Source of the DNA: an uncultured Eubacterium sp.
Lineage (GTDB): Bacteria; Bacillota; Clostridia; Peptostreptococcales; Anaerovoracaceae
DNA: 35,745 nucleotides
Direction: 5' to 3'
NCBI GenBank assembly: GCA_964613765.1
Contig: CAZTIY010000002.1
Span: 1 to 35,745, forward strand
Made by a program: the position numbers and the translations under genes
Shown here: in pieces, positions 1 through 8,463 of the stretch
Position numbering within the stretch: position 1 is the stretch's first letter
Layout of the letters: each line of letters starts with the position of its first letter
Notes under the pieces: generated by a model
Told to the model about the DNA's origin: nothing
What the model saw: only the letters and a program-made list of their open reading frames with translations
Database searches by the model: none

Positions 1-1
1 C

Positions 2-481
2 ACTAAGTGTACTGATGGAATTGATGTAGTACTGTCATTAGAAGATGAATATTTTCTTTCTATTCTTATCAAAAATGCTCTGGTGAACGGAGAATTTGCT
101 ACTCAAAGCATGGTTTCACAAAAACTGTGTGATAAATGCGAATATAGGAAAAAAGAAAACTGTAATGACTGTAATGAAGAAAATGAGCCAAATGGAGAAA
201 AATGCCATTATAATGGAGAGAAATGCTATTATTATGGGAATAAAGAAAACGAAAGGAATGGGGAAATAATTCTTGAAAAGCGCCCGGAAGGAGAGGAGGA
301 AAATAACATAGTATTTTTCCGCAGAAAAGGTTTAACAAATCGTTTTGCCGATTTACCGCTTGCTGCAGCACCCATTAGTAAAATCAAAGAAAAATATATA
401 ATTGACAATAAGGAACATAGACTAACTACGGGGGACAGCATTACAAAAATTGTCAATACATATAATGCTCAGACCTTTTGA
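2..481 (+). CDS. Hypothetical protein, 5'-truncated by the window edge, with a Cys-rich insert; possibly a distant 3-methyladenine DNA glycosylase (MPG/AAG)-like fold
   Basis: The frame of track ORF 83..481 is open back to base 2 (TKCTDGIDVVLSLEDEYFLSILIKNALVNG...). DNA is AT-rich and a terminator follows. GIDV..SILIK and RRKGL..FADLPLA loosely resemble MPG motifs (weak). Confidence 0.55.
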   Translation, partial: TKCTDGIDVVLSLEDEYFLSILIKNALVNGEFATQSMVSQKLCDKCEYRKKENCNDCNEENEPNGEKCHYNGEKCYYYGNKENERNGEIILEKRPEGEEENNIVFFRRKGLTNRFADLPLAAAPISKIKEKYIIDNKEHRLTTGDSITKIVNTYNAQTF

Positions 482-509
482 AATCTTGCTCCCGATACAC
501 TGCAGCTGC

Positions 510-543
510 CAGGTTCCTTCCTTCGCCGCAGGAACTTGTTTTT
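510..543 (+). terminator. Intrinsic terminator
   Basis: caggttcct / aggaacttg stem followed by TTTTT, about 30 nt after the stop at 481. Confidence 0.6.
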
Positions 544-990
544 CAATATAAAAAAGAACCGCGTTAAAACATTACCCCGGGTATCTTGATTAGATGTCAC
601 TTAAGTTAAAGAAAAAGCAATATACGAACGGAGGGCTATTTTATGAAATATGCTGTTACATCGACAGAGACGTCAAAGATGCTGAAGAAGTTTTTGGAAG
701 AAAAGAACATTTGACGTCGGCAATACTCAACAGGCAGATACGGAGAAAACTGGGTCAACCTTGCGGAAGCCCTGCCACAGCCGAGTTCGGTTAAAGGCTG
801 TGGACATGGGATAATTCTTCCCGGTCAAGCCTTCTTTCAGCTTGTTATATACCATCTGATTGGGGTAATATCGTTAATCGGAAAAAACCTTAATCCCGGA
901 GCGATCAAAGTGCTCATAAATGGCGGCGGCAAAGGCCGCGCTGCGGCTTTGACCGTATTCGCAATTTTCAGCCGTACAGGGAATCATTAT

Positions 991-1176
991 TCAAATCTCC
1001 CAACTGACGCAGTTAAGGCAGCCGCCGTCCCGTTTTGAAACGCCACGTCGTTCCCGAGCACAGTATCTTCATCCAGAAAACGTACCATACCATCTTGCGT
1101 CAAGGGCGGCGGTGATACGTGCAGCGGCCGGTCTGTATCTCGGGTTTTCCCGCAGAAGGGAAGATAAGATGATCAT
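991..1176 (-). pseudogene. Agmatine deiminase (PPAD-family) relic with large internal deletions
   Basis: The minus strand gives three collinear pieces in different frames: MIILSSLLRENPRYRPAAARITAALD (N-terminus), DGMVRFLDEDTVLGND (core motif) and DGGCLNCVSWEI-stop (C-terminal catalytic Cys motif). The ATG lies 7 nt after the peptidase stop. Confidence 0.7.
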
Positions 1177-1182
1177 ATTCTC

Positions 1183-2151
1183 TCACAGAAAGCTCTTCGC
1201 TGACAGAAGGCCGTATGCCGGTTCGGCGTCGAGCGCCGCCCTGTTTATGGCTCTCGCCATGACCTCCACCGTGAACGCTCCGAGTGCGTCGACTCCGACC
1301 TCGACTTCTCCTGTCGTCATGACAAAGACGGTGTCACCGTCAGCTGTCGAATGGACCGGACGTATAGACTGCGCGTAGCCGTTATGCGCGATGCTCGCGA
1401 GCTTGTTGCACATGCATTTATCAAGTTTCGCGTTAGTGATCACACATCCGATTGTCGTATTCCCGCCGCCCCAGAGATCTCTCGCGTGACCGATCTGGTC
1501 GTACATCACGGACACCGAGTCCGCGAAACCGGTTTTATCCGGGGTGAGGAGTCCCGCGAGAGTAGCCTTTGTATCAAAATCAAAGATGTCGCCGAGGGAG
1601 TTAACGGCAACGACCGCGCCGCACTGCACGTCACCTATCTGAGCGGCGTAGATGCCGAGACCGGATTTCATCATGCAGTCAGCGCCGAGGAATTTTCCGA
1701 CGGTAGCGCCGGTTCCTGCCCCGTGGTTTCCGCCCCGGAATTCCGCGCCGTTAAAGGCATTTTCGCATGCCTGATAGCCCATGGCTTTATCGGGTCGCAC
1801 TTTATTGGTGACGAGTTCCAGGTCGAACAGCGAGGCGCCGCACACAATCGGTACAAGGCCGAAACCGGTGTCAAAGCCTGCGCCTTTTTCATCGAGGAAC
1901 TGCATGGCGCCGTCGCCCGCTTCCAGACCGAAGGCACTCCCTCCGGAGAGCATGACCGCGTTAATCTGCTGAACGGTGTTAACAGGACGAAGAAGCTCCG
2001 TCTCTCGGGAAGCGGGGCTCCCGCCGCGGACATCTACACCCGCGAAAGCGCCGTTTTCACTGATTATTACGGTACAGCCTGTTGCGGCCTCCTGATCTTC
2101 CGCGTTTCCGAAACGGAAACCTTTGACATCCGTTATTTTTATTTCTTTCAT
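1183..2151 (-). CDS. P1 family peptidase (S58, DmpA/NylC-like self-cleaving hydrolase)
   Basis: ITDVKG, TGCTV, DVRGGSPASRET, LSGGSAFGL, GAGTGA, GNTTIG autoprocessing site, HSTADGD; GGGAG SD. Confidence 0.9.
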   Translation of the reverse strand: MKEIKITDVKGFRFGNAEDQEAATGCTVIISENGAFAGVDVRGGSPASRETELLRPVNTVQQINAVMLSGGSAFGLEAGDGAMQFLDEKGAGFDTGFGLVPIVCGASLFDLELVTNKVRPDKAMGYQACENAFNGAEFRGGNHGAGTGATVGKFLGADCMMKSGLGIYAAQIGDVQCGAVVAVNSLGDIFDFDTKATLAGLLTPDKTGFADSVSVMYDQIGHARDLWGGGNTTIGCVITNAKLDKCMCNKLASIAHNGYAQSIRPVHSTADGDTVFVMTTGEVEVGVDALGAFTVEVMARAINRAALDAEPAYGLLSAKSFL

Positions 2152-2337
2152 AGTGTCTCCCTTTTTTAAAATTTACCCGAAAACCCCGTGGCTGATTCCG
2201 CGTACAGCTGATCCGGATCAGCTTGCACGCTGCCTGAACGGTGTAACAATCCTTCGATACATTATCATTATTTTTCGATTCTGTAACAAGCGGGCATGCA
2301 CAAGCACGCCCGCTCGCAATTATTACGTAATCAGTTT

Positions 2338-3969
2338 TTACATCGCGGTAAGTATCTGCACCGCTTGGACCAGAGCTATCACAACACCGATGAATCCTTC
2401 TCCGCCGAGAAGTCCGGAGGCGATGACCGTGCCTGTCGTTCCTTTTTCGAAATTCGGAGCGGCCTTCTGGACGATGAATCTCACGGCCCCGCCTATGAAC
2501 GCTGTGAATGACAGGTAGAACGGGAGGTAGATACCGAGGCCGAGCATCGTGAACTTCGGAGTGATGAAGTAGATTACTATAGAGGCGATAAGCGCTCCGA
2601 TAAATACCGGCACATTGGCTATACCGCCGACCACGGAAGCGACAGCCGCAGCCTGAGCCGCGGGGAACATCTCTGTTCCGAACACGCCGCCGCCGTAGGC
2701 TTTTACGAGAATCACGAGGACGAATACAGCAATCACGGCGCCGATGACGCCGCCGATGCACTCACCGATCCACTGCGCTTTCGGATCGGAATGAAGAATC
2801 TTGCCGGCCTTAAAGTCGTTCATAACGTCGCCCGTGAGTCCTGCGGCGATAGCAACGATAGCCGCCACGAACACGGCCTGCTGGACTTCCAGAGAGCATG
2901 CGATCTTGGCGATTGCCATCACGAAGATGCCGAACACCTCCATCGGATTGATTCCGGACTGTCCTACGCACTGTGACGACATGGCTGTCGTAAGCCACAC
3001 TCCGAGAAGCGTGATGATCACGGCTACTATCGGAAGGTCGAGAACGAATATGAACAGCAGCGCGAGCACGAGTATGACTATCGGGGCCCAGCGCATCGGA
3101 ACTATGGCCTCACCCGCGGAGCCCCTGGAGAACATTGAACCGAATATCTGTTTCGCGTGAGGTATGATCTCTTTCGCGGTAATCGCGAGTCCTACTCCGA
3201 CCATCCATCCGAGGCCGAGGGAACTCTTTACGCCTGCCGCGAATTCAGGTGTCCATCCGAGCAGCGACTGTCCGCCTATCAGCATTCCGAAATCGCCGAT
3301 GATCGCGCCGAGGAACCAGACTAAGATTGTCGCGGGTCCTATGAGATAACCGACAGCGATCAGCATAGGTGACAGCCAGAGTCCCCCGGAAGAACCGTAC
3401 TTCTGCATAAAGTTGAACGGAAGAAGTGAAGGGACTTTTGCCATGAAGTCGCGGAGCCATGTCCAAACGCCCGCGATCGCGAATGAGCCGAACAGCGCGC
3501 CCGTCTGTTTACCGCCTTCGTCCCCCACTGTAACGACCTCTGCCGCCGCCTGTCCCATAGCGTAAGGCATCTCCGCCGTATCAATGAAATGATGTCTTAA
3601 AAGGGCGGTGAATATCAGTCCGAGAATTGTGCCTCCGACCGTTACTACCAGCATGTGCACTATACTGACTTCCGCGTCATTATTAAGAATAAAAATTCCG
3701 GGGATTGTGAAAGCCAGACCTCCGGCCACCATGGAACCGGCGGACATGATGGTGTGAGTGACGTTGATCTCGTTCGGGTTGGTATTGCCGAGAATCTTAA
3801 GGCCGAACATGGAAACGAGAACCACGAACATGATCGGCCACGGCAGCGATGAGGCCTTAAGAGCTACGAACATTGACGAGGCGGTCAGTATGATTGCTCC
3901 TATGACTCCGATGATAATGCCTCGCACCGTGAACTGCTCTTTAAAAGACCTTCCCTGTTTTTCGGGCAT
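2338..3969 (-). CDS. OPT/YSL family oligopeptide transporter
   Basis: Many TM segments; QFTVRGIIIG start, DVMNDFKAG and FPAAQA motifs; ATG 3969 preceded by GGAGGTG. Confidence 0.88.
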   Translation of the reverse strand: MPEKQGRSFKEQFTVRGIIIGVIGAIILTASSMFVALKASSLPWPIMFVVLVSMFGLKILGNTNPNEINVTHTIMSAGSMVAGGLAFTIPGIFILNNDAEVSIVHMLVVTVGGTILGLIFTALLRHHFIDTAEMPYAMGQAAAEVVTVGDEGGKQTGALFGSFAIAGVWTWLRDFMAKVPSLLPFNFMQKYGSSGGLWLSPMLIAVGYLIGPATILVWFLGAIIGDFGMLIGGQSLLGWTPEFAAGVKSSLGLGWMVGVGLAITAKEIIPHAKQIFGSMFSRGSAGEAIVPMRWAPIVILVLALLFIFVLDLPIVAVIITLLGVWLTTAMSSQCVGQSGINPMEVFGIFVMAIAKIACSLEVQQAVFVAAIVAIAAGLTGDVMNDFKAGKILHSDPKAQWIGECIGGVIGAVIAVFVLVILVKAYGGGVFGTEMFPAAQAAAVASVVGGIANVPVFIGALIASIVIYFITPKFTMLGLGIYLPFYLSFTAFIGGAVRFIVQKAAPNFEKGTTGTVIASGLLGGEGFIGVVIALVQAVQILTAM

Positions 3970-4034
3970 GTCAACACCTCCTTCGGTACATATCCGTAAA
4001 AACAATTTCTAAGGTTATATGTTCCTGTGAGTCC

Positions 4035-4062
4035 TTTATAACACGTTTAGAAAATATTTCAA
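4035..4062 (-). promoter_or_regulatory. Putative sigmaA promoter for the OPT-peptidase operon
   Basis: TTGAAA-N16-TATAAA with extended TGn. Confidence 0.4.
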
Positions 4063-4184
4063 TGCGGTAATGCGGACTCAGAGCAATTACTTACTTTTTG
4101 TCAATCTCCCGAAAGAAAACTCTTTCTCATTACCGGTATCCCAAACATATAATAAGGTAAATTCCTACAGACGGCTTATTGCAT

Positions 4185-4332
4185 GTTGCTGTTCACGCAC
4201 ATGGCTTTCGATCGCCGGGCGGGAGATATGATTCTTCCGCCCGCTGTTTAAGTTCCGGTTATATTTTCGTGTTCCGGTTATATATCCGTATTCAGGCTGC
4301 AGAGTGAGTGCATATAGTCTGTCAGCGTGAAC
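4185..4332. mobile_element. Degenerate MITE relic (same family as 20488..20561)
   Basis: Begins gttgctgttcacgcacatgg, similar to the left end of the other copies; gcgtgaac at 4325-4332 is the inverse of gttcacgc; no TSD seen. Confidence 0.35.
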
Positions 4333-4336
4333 CCGG

Positions 4337-4969
4337 TTAAGCCGGGGTATATTCTCCGTGAGGCGTCGCTCGTATGCGGAGGGAGTCCGGTTCTATACTT
4401 CCTTCCCCTCCTTCGTAAATCCGCAGTATTTCATTCAGCGTCCGGGGTGTGTAATCCATGCCCGGCATCATGCAGCCGATGTTGTACATACGGCAGTCGG
4501 CATCATAAAGTTCCGTCATCTGATACTGAACCTGCTTCATCATGTTCCACTCAAAACTCGCGTGGACATGACCGTACAGGTGAATCCATCCGTGGAAATG
4601 ATGATTAAAACACGGGATGGGATAGTGGCATAGGACCACACCGATCCTGTCAGTCAGTCTGATTTCCTTATAATCAGTGATTTCGGCGAACAGGTCGCGG
4701 ACATTCTTATTCTTAAGTATGCGCTTATCGTGATTGCCGGCGCAGAGATACTTGGTTCCGTTCAGCCGGCTGAAAATCTCTATTGTCCTAAGCGGATTGT
4801 ACCAGCTGATATCCCCGAGCAGCCATACTTCATCATCAGGATCGACAGTCGAATTCCAGATTTCCATGAGCGCCCTGTCATGAGTTTCGATGTCAGAAAA
4901 TTCCCTATCGTCATAAGCAAGAATATTCTTATGCCCGAAATGAAGATCCGATATATAATAAACAGCCAT
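4337..4969 (-). CDS. Calcineurin-like metallophosphoesterase
   Basis: YYISDLHFGH, LGD, GNHD, CHYP, HLYGHVH motifs; AAGGAG SD. Confidence 0.9.
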   Translation of the reverse strand: MAVYYISDLHFGHKNILAYDDREFSDIETHDRALMEIWNSTVDPDDEVWLLGDISWYNPLRTIEIFSRLNGTKYLCAGNHDKRILKNKNVRDLFAEITDYKEIRLTDRIGVVLCHYPIPCFNHHFHGWIHLYGHVHASFEWNMMKQVQYQMTELYDADCRMYNIGCMMPGMDYTPRTLNEILRIYEGGEGSIEPDSLRIRATPHGEYTPA

Positions 4970-5089
4970 GTTACCGCTCCTTTCTCAGGCAGGTGTTCCG
5001 GTGAAGTCTCGTAAGTATCCGGATAATATGAGTCCCGTACCCGCACCTTGCCCTTTCGCTTTCTGTGTTAACCCGTCAGCGGGCTCTTC

Positions 5090-5141
5090 ATGTCACTGCT
5101 ATTTATGTCACTACTATCACACCGCCGCCGAACTTTGTCAA
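5090..5141 (-). promoter_or_regulatory. Putative sigmaA promoter with an overlapping 13-bp direct repeat (candidate operator)
   Basis: TTGACA (5136-5141)-N17-GATAGT (5113-5118); ATGTCACT(G/A)CTAT at 5090-5102 and 5105-5117. Confidence 0.5.
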
Positions 5142-5179
5142 TTAACCCGTAAGTTGAAACCGGAAAGCATGCCCGGACA

Positions 5180-5260
5180 GTTACAGTTCACACATTTTAT
5201 TTGAGGGTCGGGCGGCATAGCACCGCTGCGGGAATTTTCCGCAGCGGTGCATGCAGTTTC
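5180..5260. mobile_element. MITE left-end fragment with internal hairpin
   Basis: 46/51 nt identical to 27877-27927; hairpin gcaccgctgcgg / ccgcagcggtgc at 5220-5250 may also terminate the WYL transcript. Confidence 0.6.
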
Positions 5261-5296
5261 ACGTAGGAGCGAGAAAGTGAGCGGCGCGGTGAGCCT

Positions 5297-6364
5297 TCAC
5301 TTCCGATAAGCCTGCAGGGTTTCTTCCAGGTCGGCGCGGACTCTGTCTCTCAGGGTCAGCGGCTCGAGGATCTCAACGGCGGGGCTGTAGCTCTTCGCGA
5401 ACTGCATCGCCGACATGGCGTTCGTTACGGTGGTAACGGCCACACTGTCTTCACTCTCCTCGGAAAACTGTACTTCGCTCCCGAACATGTCTATGACATC
5501 TCCGATCCTCTTCCGGGATACGCGCATCTTTACTGCGATATTCTCAGAGGCGTACATGTAAGGGTGCCTGTTCATGTACTCTTCGAGGTCGAGGGTACGC
5601 CCGTTTATCCGTTCCAGTCCTTCGAAAATTCTCGCGGGTGTGTCGAGCAGCATAACGTCCGTTATTCTGTCTATGCGGTAATTTGATATGTCATTGAATT
5701 CATCGTTATTGCAGATGAGATAGTATTTCCCCTCTCTCGCCGCCATCTGGTACGGGCTTATGATGTATTCACGCACGGTTCCGTCGGAACGGGTCCTGTA
5801 GTGCAGATTCTTATCCGTTCCGTACTCGAGATAATGGAAGGACACTTTACGACCGCGGCTTATCGCTTCATCCAGAAGTTCGATGTTCAGGAACAGCTGC
5901 ATATTGTCCGCCCTGCCGTCCGGTGTCTTTGAAACATGGTTGATCTGCGAATGGAAATAAATGTTCGAGAGTTTTTCCAGCTTTCCCACAAGCTCCCTGC
6001 ACTGGTTATACGGAATGTGCATTGAGAAAAGCACGCTGTCTATAAGGAGCCTGATTTCGCTGTCGGTGAAATCGCGCACCAGATAGAAATCGGTCCAGAT
6101 GTAAGTTTCCTCTGTCCCGCCGGTATCAGGATCAGTTATTGTACGGACACTCTCGCTGTATTCTATATTGTAACCGCACTCTATGAGGTCGAGAATGTTC
6201 CGGCGTACCGCTTTCCTGTCGACGGTCATGTTATATTCGGTTTTCAGCTTTTCTACTATGTCTTTTTGCGATAACCGGTGATTTTCATCGGTGTACTTCC
6301 TCAGAATGTCCAGAATGAAGAGAATCAGGAGACGTTTCGGCGGTTTTTCAAACATAAAAGTCAT
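5297..6364 (-). CDS. wHTH-WYL-WCX transcriptional regulator
   Basis: N-terminal ILDILRKYTDENHRLSQKDI..VDRKAVRRNI HTH; ISPYQM..GKYYLIC..YRIDRI WYL core; VEILEPLTLR C-terminus. Confidence 0.9.
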   Translation of the reverse strand: MTFMFEKPPKRLLILFILDILRKYTDENHRLSQKDIVEKLKTEYNMTVDRKAVRRNILDLIECGYNIEYSESVRTITDPDTGGTEETYIWTDFYLVRDFTDSEIRLLIDSVLFSMHIPYNQCRELVGKLEKLSNIYFHSQINHVSKTPDGRADNMQLFLNIELLDEAISRGRKVSFHYLEYGTDKNLHYRTRSDGTVREYIISPYQMAAREGKYYLICNNDEFNDISNYRIDRITDVMLLDTPARIFEGLERINGRTLDLEEYMNRHPYMYASENIAVKMRVSRKRIGDVIDMFGSEVQFSEESEDSVAVTTVTNAMSAMQFAKSYSPAVEILEPLTLRDRVRADLEETLQAYRK

Positions 6365-6700
6365 GATAAAATTTTCCTTTCCCGTTCGGTTTCTGATGTT
6401 TCTGCTCGTTTTGTGATGCTTCTGTTCAGTTTCTGATGTTTCTGACGCGATTACCGCAGGTGTCGCTTCATCGCGGCGGCGGCCGTAAAATGCCGGTGTC
6501 GGTCCTGCGGTATTACCGGTTCACCGACATGCGCCGGTTTACTGAGGCGGATTGCCGCGGCGGTCTTATCCCCGGGAGCGGTTCACATAATTCTGCCTGA
6601 TATAACTCCCGCGCCGCTTCATATTTAAAAATCAGACCGGCAGGACCCGGCATCTGCTCCGCGGATATTCCGCGACCGGTCATGTTCTTAAAGACTGCCG

Positions 6701-7573
6701 TCACCGGGAAAGATCCGCGATTACCTGCCTGATGTCGGCATCAATGCAGACGGATCTGTCCGAGATCTCACGCGGGCATGCCGCCTCGCCGCAGTTGACG
6801 CAGGCGTAGAACGCGTCCGGGTTCTCTGCCGTCATGCGCCAGAAAGGATATTTGATAATAACCGGCGTATTGTAGCCGACGCCAAGTTCAAGAAACAGAA
6901 CGCGCTTCTCTTCTTTTTCTCTCAGGAAGGTCTGATACCGCCGCGCCGCCAGGTGCCAGCCCTCGTCCTCTACAAAGCTGTCATCAGCCCGGAGGTTCAT
7001 CGTCAGGGGCCTTCCGCAGTACGGACAGACGGGGAGAAGCTCCGCCGGGACACGCATGTCATTCTGACTTTCCATCATCTGCCGGATCACGCTTTCGTTA
7101 TCAAAAGTCTCCTGACGGCACGGCTCCGAACACTGGAAGAGACCGTAGTCGCCCTGTGTGTAGAACAGACGTTTTTTGTCTATGCCTGCCTTTTGGAAAC
7201 AGTGATCCACATTCGTCGTGATGACAAAATAGTCTTTATCTTTCATCAGAGAAAGAAGCTCGTTATACACGGGCTCAGGCGGGTCCGTGTATCTGTTGAT
7301 AAAGACATACCGGCTCCAGTACGCCCAGTATTCCTCCGGGGAGGGAAAAGGATAGAAGCCCCCGGAATACATATCCCGGAGACCGTATTTCGCCGCGAAA
7401 TCGGAAAAGTATTCCTCGAACCTCTCGCCGGTATAAACGAATCCCGCAGAAACGGACAGTCCCGCCCCGGCGCCGATAACGACAGCCTCCGCATTGTCCA
7501 GCGTCTCTCTCAGCCTTTTGATGTTATCCGAGCAGTTCCCTGTAGATTCTGTAATCCGATTCTTTGAAAACAT
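6701..7573 (-). CDS. Class-M sirtuin (SirTM, NAD-dependent protein ADP-ribosyltransferase)
   Basis: GAGAGLS, TTNVDH, TQGDY (Gln at the catalytic His position, typical of class M), Zn-site Cys pairs, LELGVGYNTP; likely start ATG 7573 inside the macrodomain gene. Confidence 0.88.
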   Translation of the reverse strand: MFSKNRITESTGNCSDNIKRLRETLDNAEAVVIGAGAGLSVSAGFVYTGERFEEYFSDFAAKYGLRDMYSGGFYPFPSPEEYWAYWSRYVFINRYTDPPEPVYNELLSLMKDKDYFVITTNVDHCFQKAGIDKKRLFYTQGDYGLFQCSEPCRQETFDNESVIRQMMESQNDMRVPAELLPVCPYCGRPLTMNLRADDSFVEDEGWHLAARRYQTFLREKEEKRVLFLELGVGYNTPVIIKYPFWRMTAENPDAFYACVNCGEAACPREISDRSVCIDADIRQVIADLSR

Positions 7574-8285
7574 TGAAAACCACCTTAATGTCGCCTCTGT
7601 TCTCCATGACTGTACGGACGGCGATCTCAGCCGCCTGCCCTTGCGGAAAGCGGAATTCGCCCGTTGAGATGCAGCAGAACGCGACACTTTCAATTTTGTT
7701 TTGCCGCGCGAGTTCAAGGCAGGAACAGTAGCAGGATGCCAGTAGCTCCCGGTCACGCCCGGTCACTTCCCCGCGGATTACGGGTCCGACGGTATGAAGG
7801 ATGTAGTCACACGGGAGATTATATGCGGGCGTGATTTTCGCTTTTCCGGTTTCCTCCTCATGACCCTGCTTTTGCATCTGCCTCGCGCACTCCTGACGGA
7901 GCCTGACGCCGGCGTATGTGTGTATCGCGTTGTCGATACATCCGTGACAGGGAATATAGCATCCGGTCATGCCGCTGTTCGCGGCGTTCACTATCGCGCC
8001 GCAGCGGAGGGTCGTAATATCCCCCTGCCACAGGTATATCCCCTCTTTGACGGGCGTCAGGTCTGAGATATCCGTGATGCCTTCAGCCTCTGCCTCCGCC
8101 CGGAGATATTCATCCTGCACTTTCAGAAACTCCTCTCCGCAAGGTGCGGGCGGGCGCACGTTCATAAGAGAGCGCAGAAGCTTTTTCTGCTCAGCCGTTT
8201 CATCCGGGACTCTGAGACCGCTGTACCGAGGCTTCTCGTTTATTAAATAATTTATCAGAAATTTCCTTCGTTCACTCTGGTTCAT
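7524..8285 (-). CDS. Zn-dependent macrodomain protein-ADP-ribose hydrolase
   Basis: LLRSLMNVRP, WQGDITTL, IVNAANS, GCYIPCHGCIDNAIH Zn loop, HTVGP, CCISTGEFRFP; ATG 8285 after GAGG. Confidence 0.92.
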   Translation of the reverse strand: MNQSERRKFLINYLINEKPRYSGLRVPDETAEQKKLLRSLMNVRPPAPCGEEFLKVQDEYLRAEAEAEGITDISDLTPVKEGIYLWQGDITTLRCGAIVNAANSGMTGCYIPCHGCIDNAIHTYAGVRLRQECARQMQKQGHEEETGKAKITPAYNLPCDYILHTVGPVIRGEVTGRDRELLASCYCSCLELARQNKIESVAFCCISTGEFRFPQGQAAEIAVRTVMENRGDIKVVFNVFKESDYRIYRELLG

Positions 8286-8463
8286 GCTGACCTCACTTAT
8301 GTACGTTGCGGGGCCATGCGCGCGATTACGACGGTGAACCCGGTCTGTCCTGTTCGCGGATCCCGGCTGAATCCTGTGCCGGAGCCGCTGCGGTATTCCG
8401 CCGGCCCGGGCCGCGCTCATTACCGTATCAGGCCCGGCGCGCCTGTTTTAGTTTTCCCGAACC

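Noticed and set aside
712-714. In-frame TGA as selenocysteine
   Set aside because: No redox-motif context or evident SECIS; surrounded by other decayed genes
1351-2169. 272-aa plus-strand ORF, and similar long antisense ORFs such as 6953..7567, 25344..26105 and 34786..35433
   Set aside because: Opposite-strand shadows of well-supported genes, expected in GC-rich coding DNA
6513-6704. 63-aa ORF overlapping the sirtuin stop
   Set aside because: No motifs or clear SD; cannot be supported
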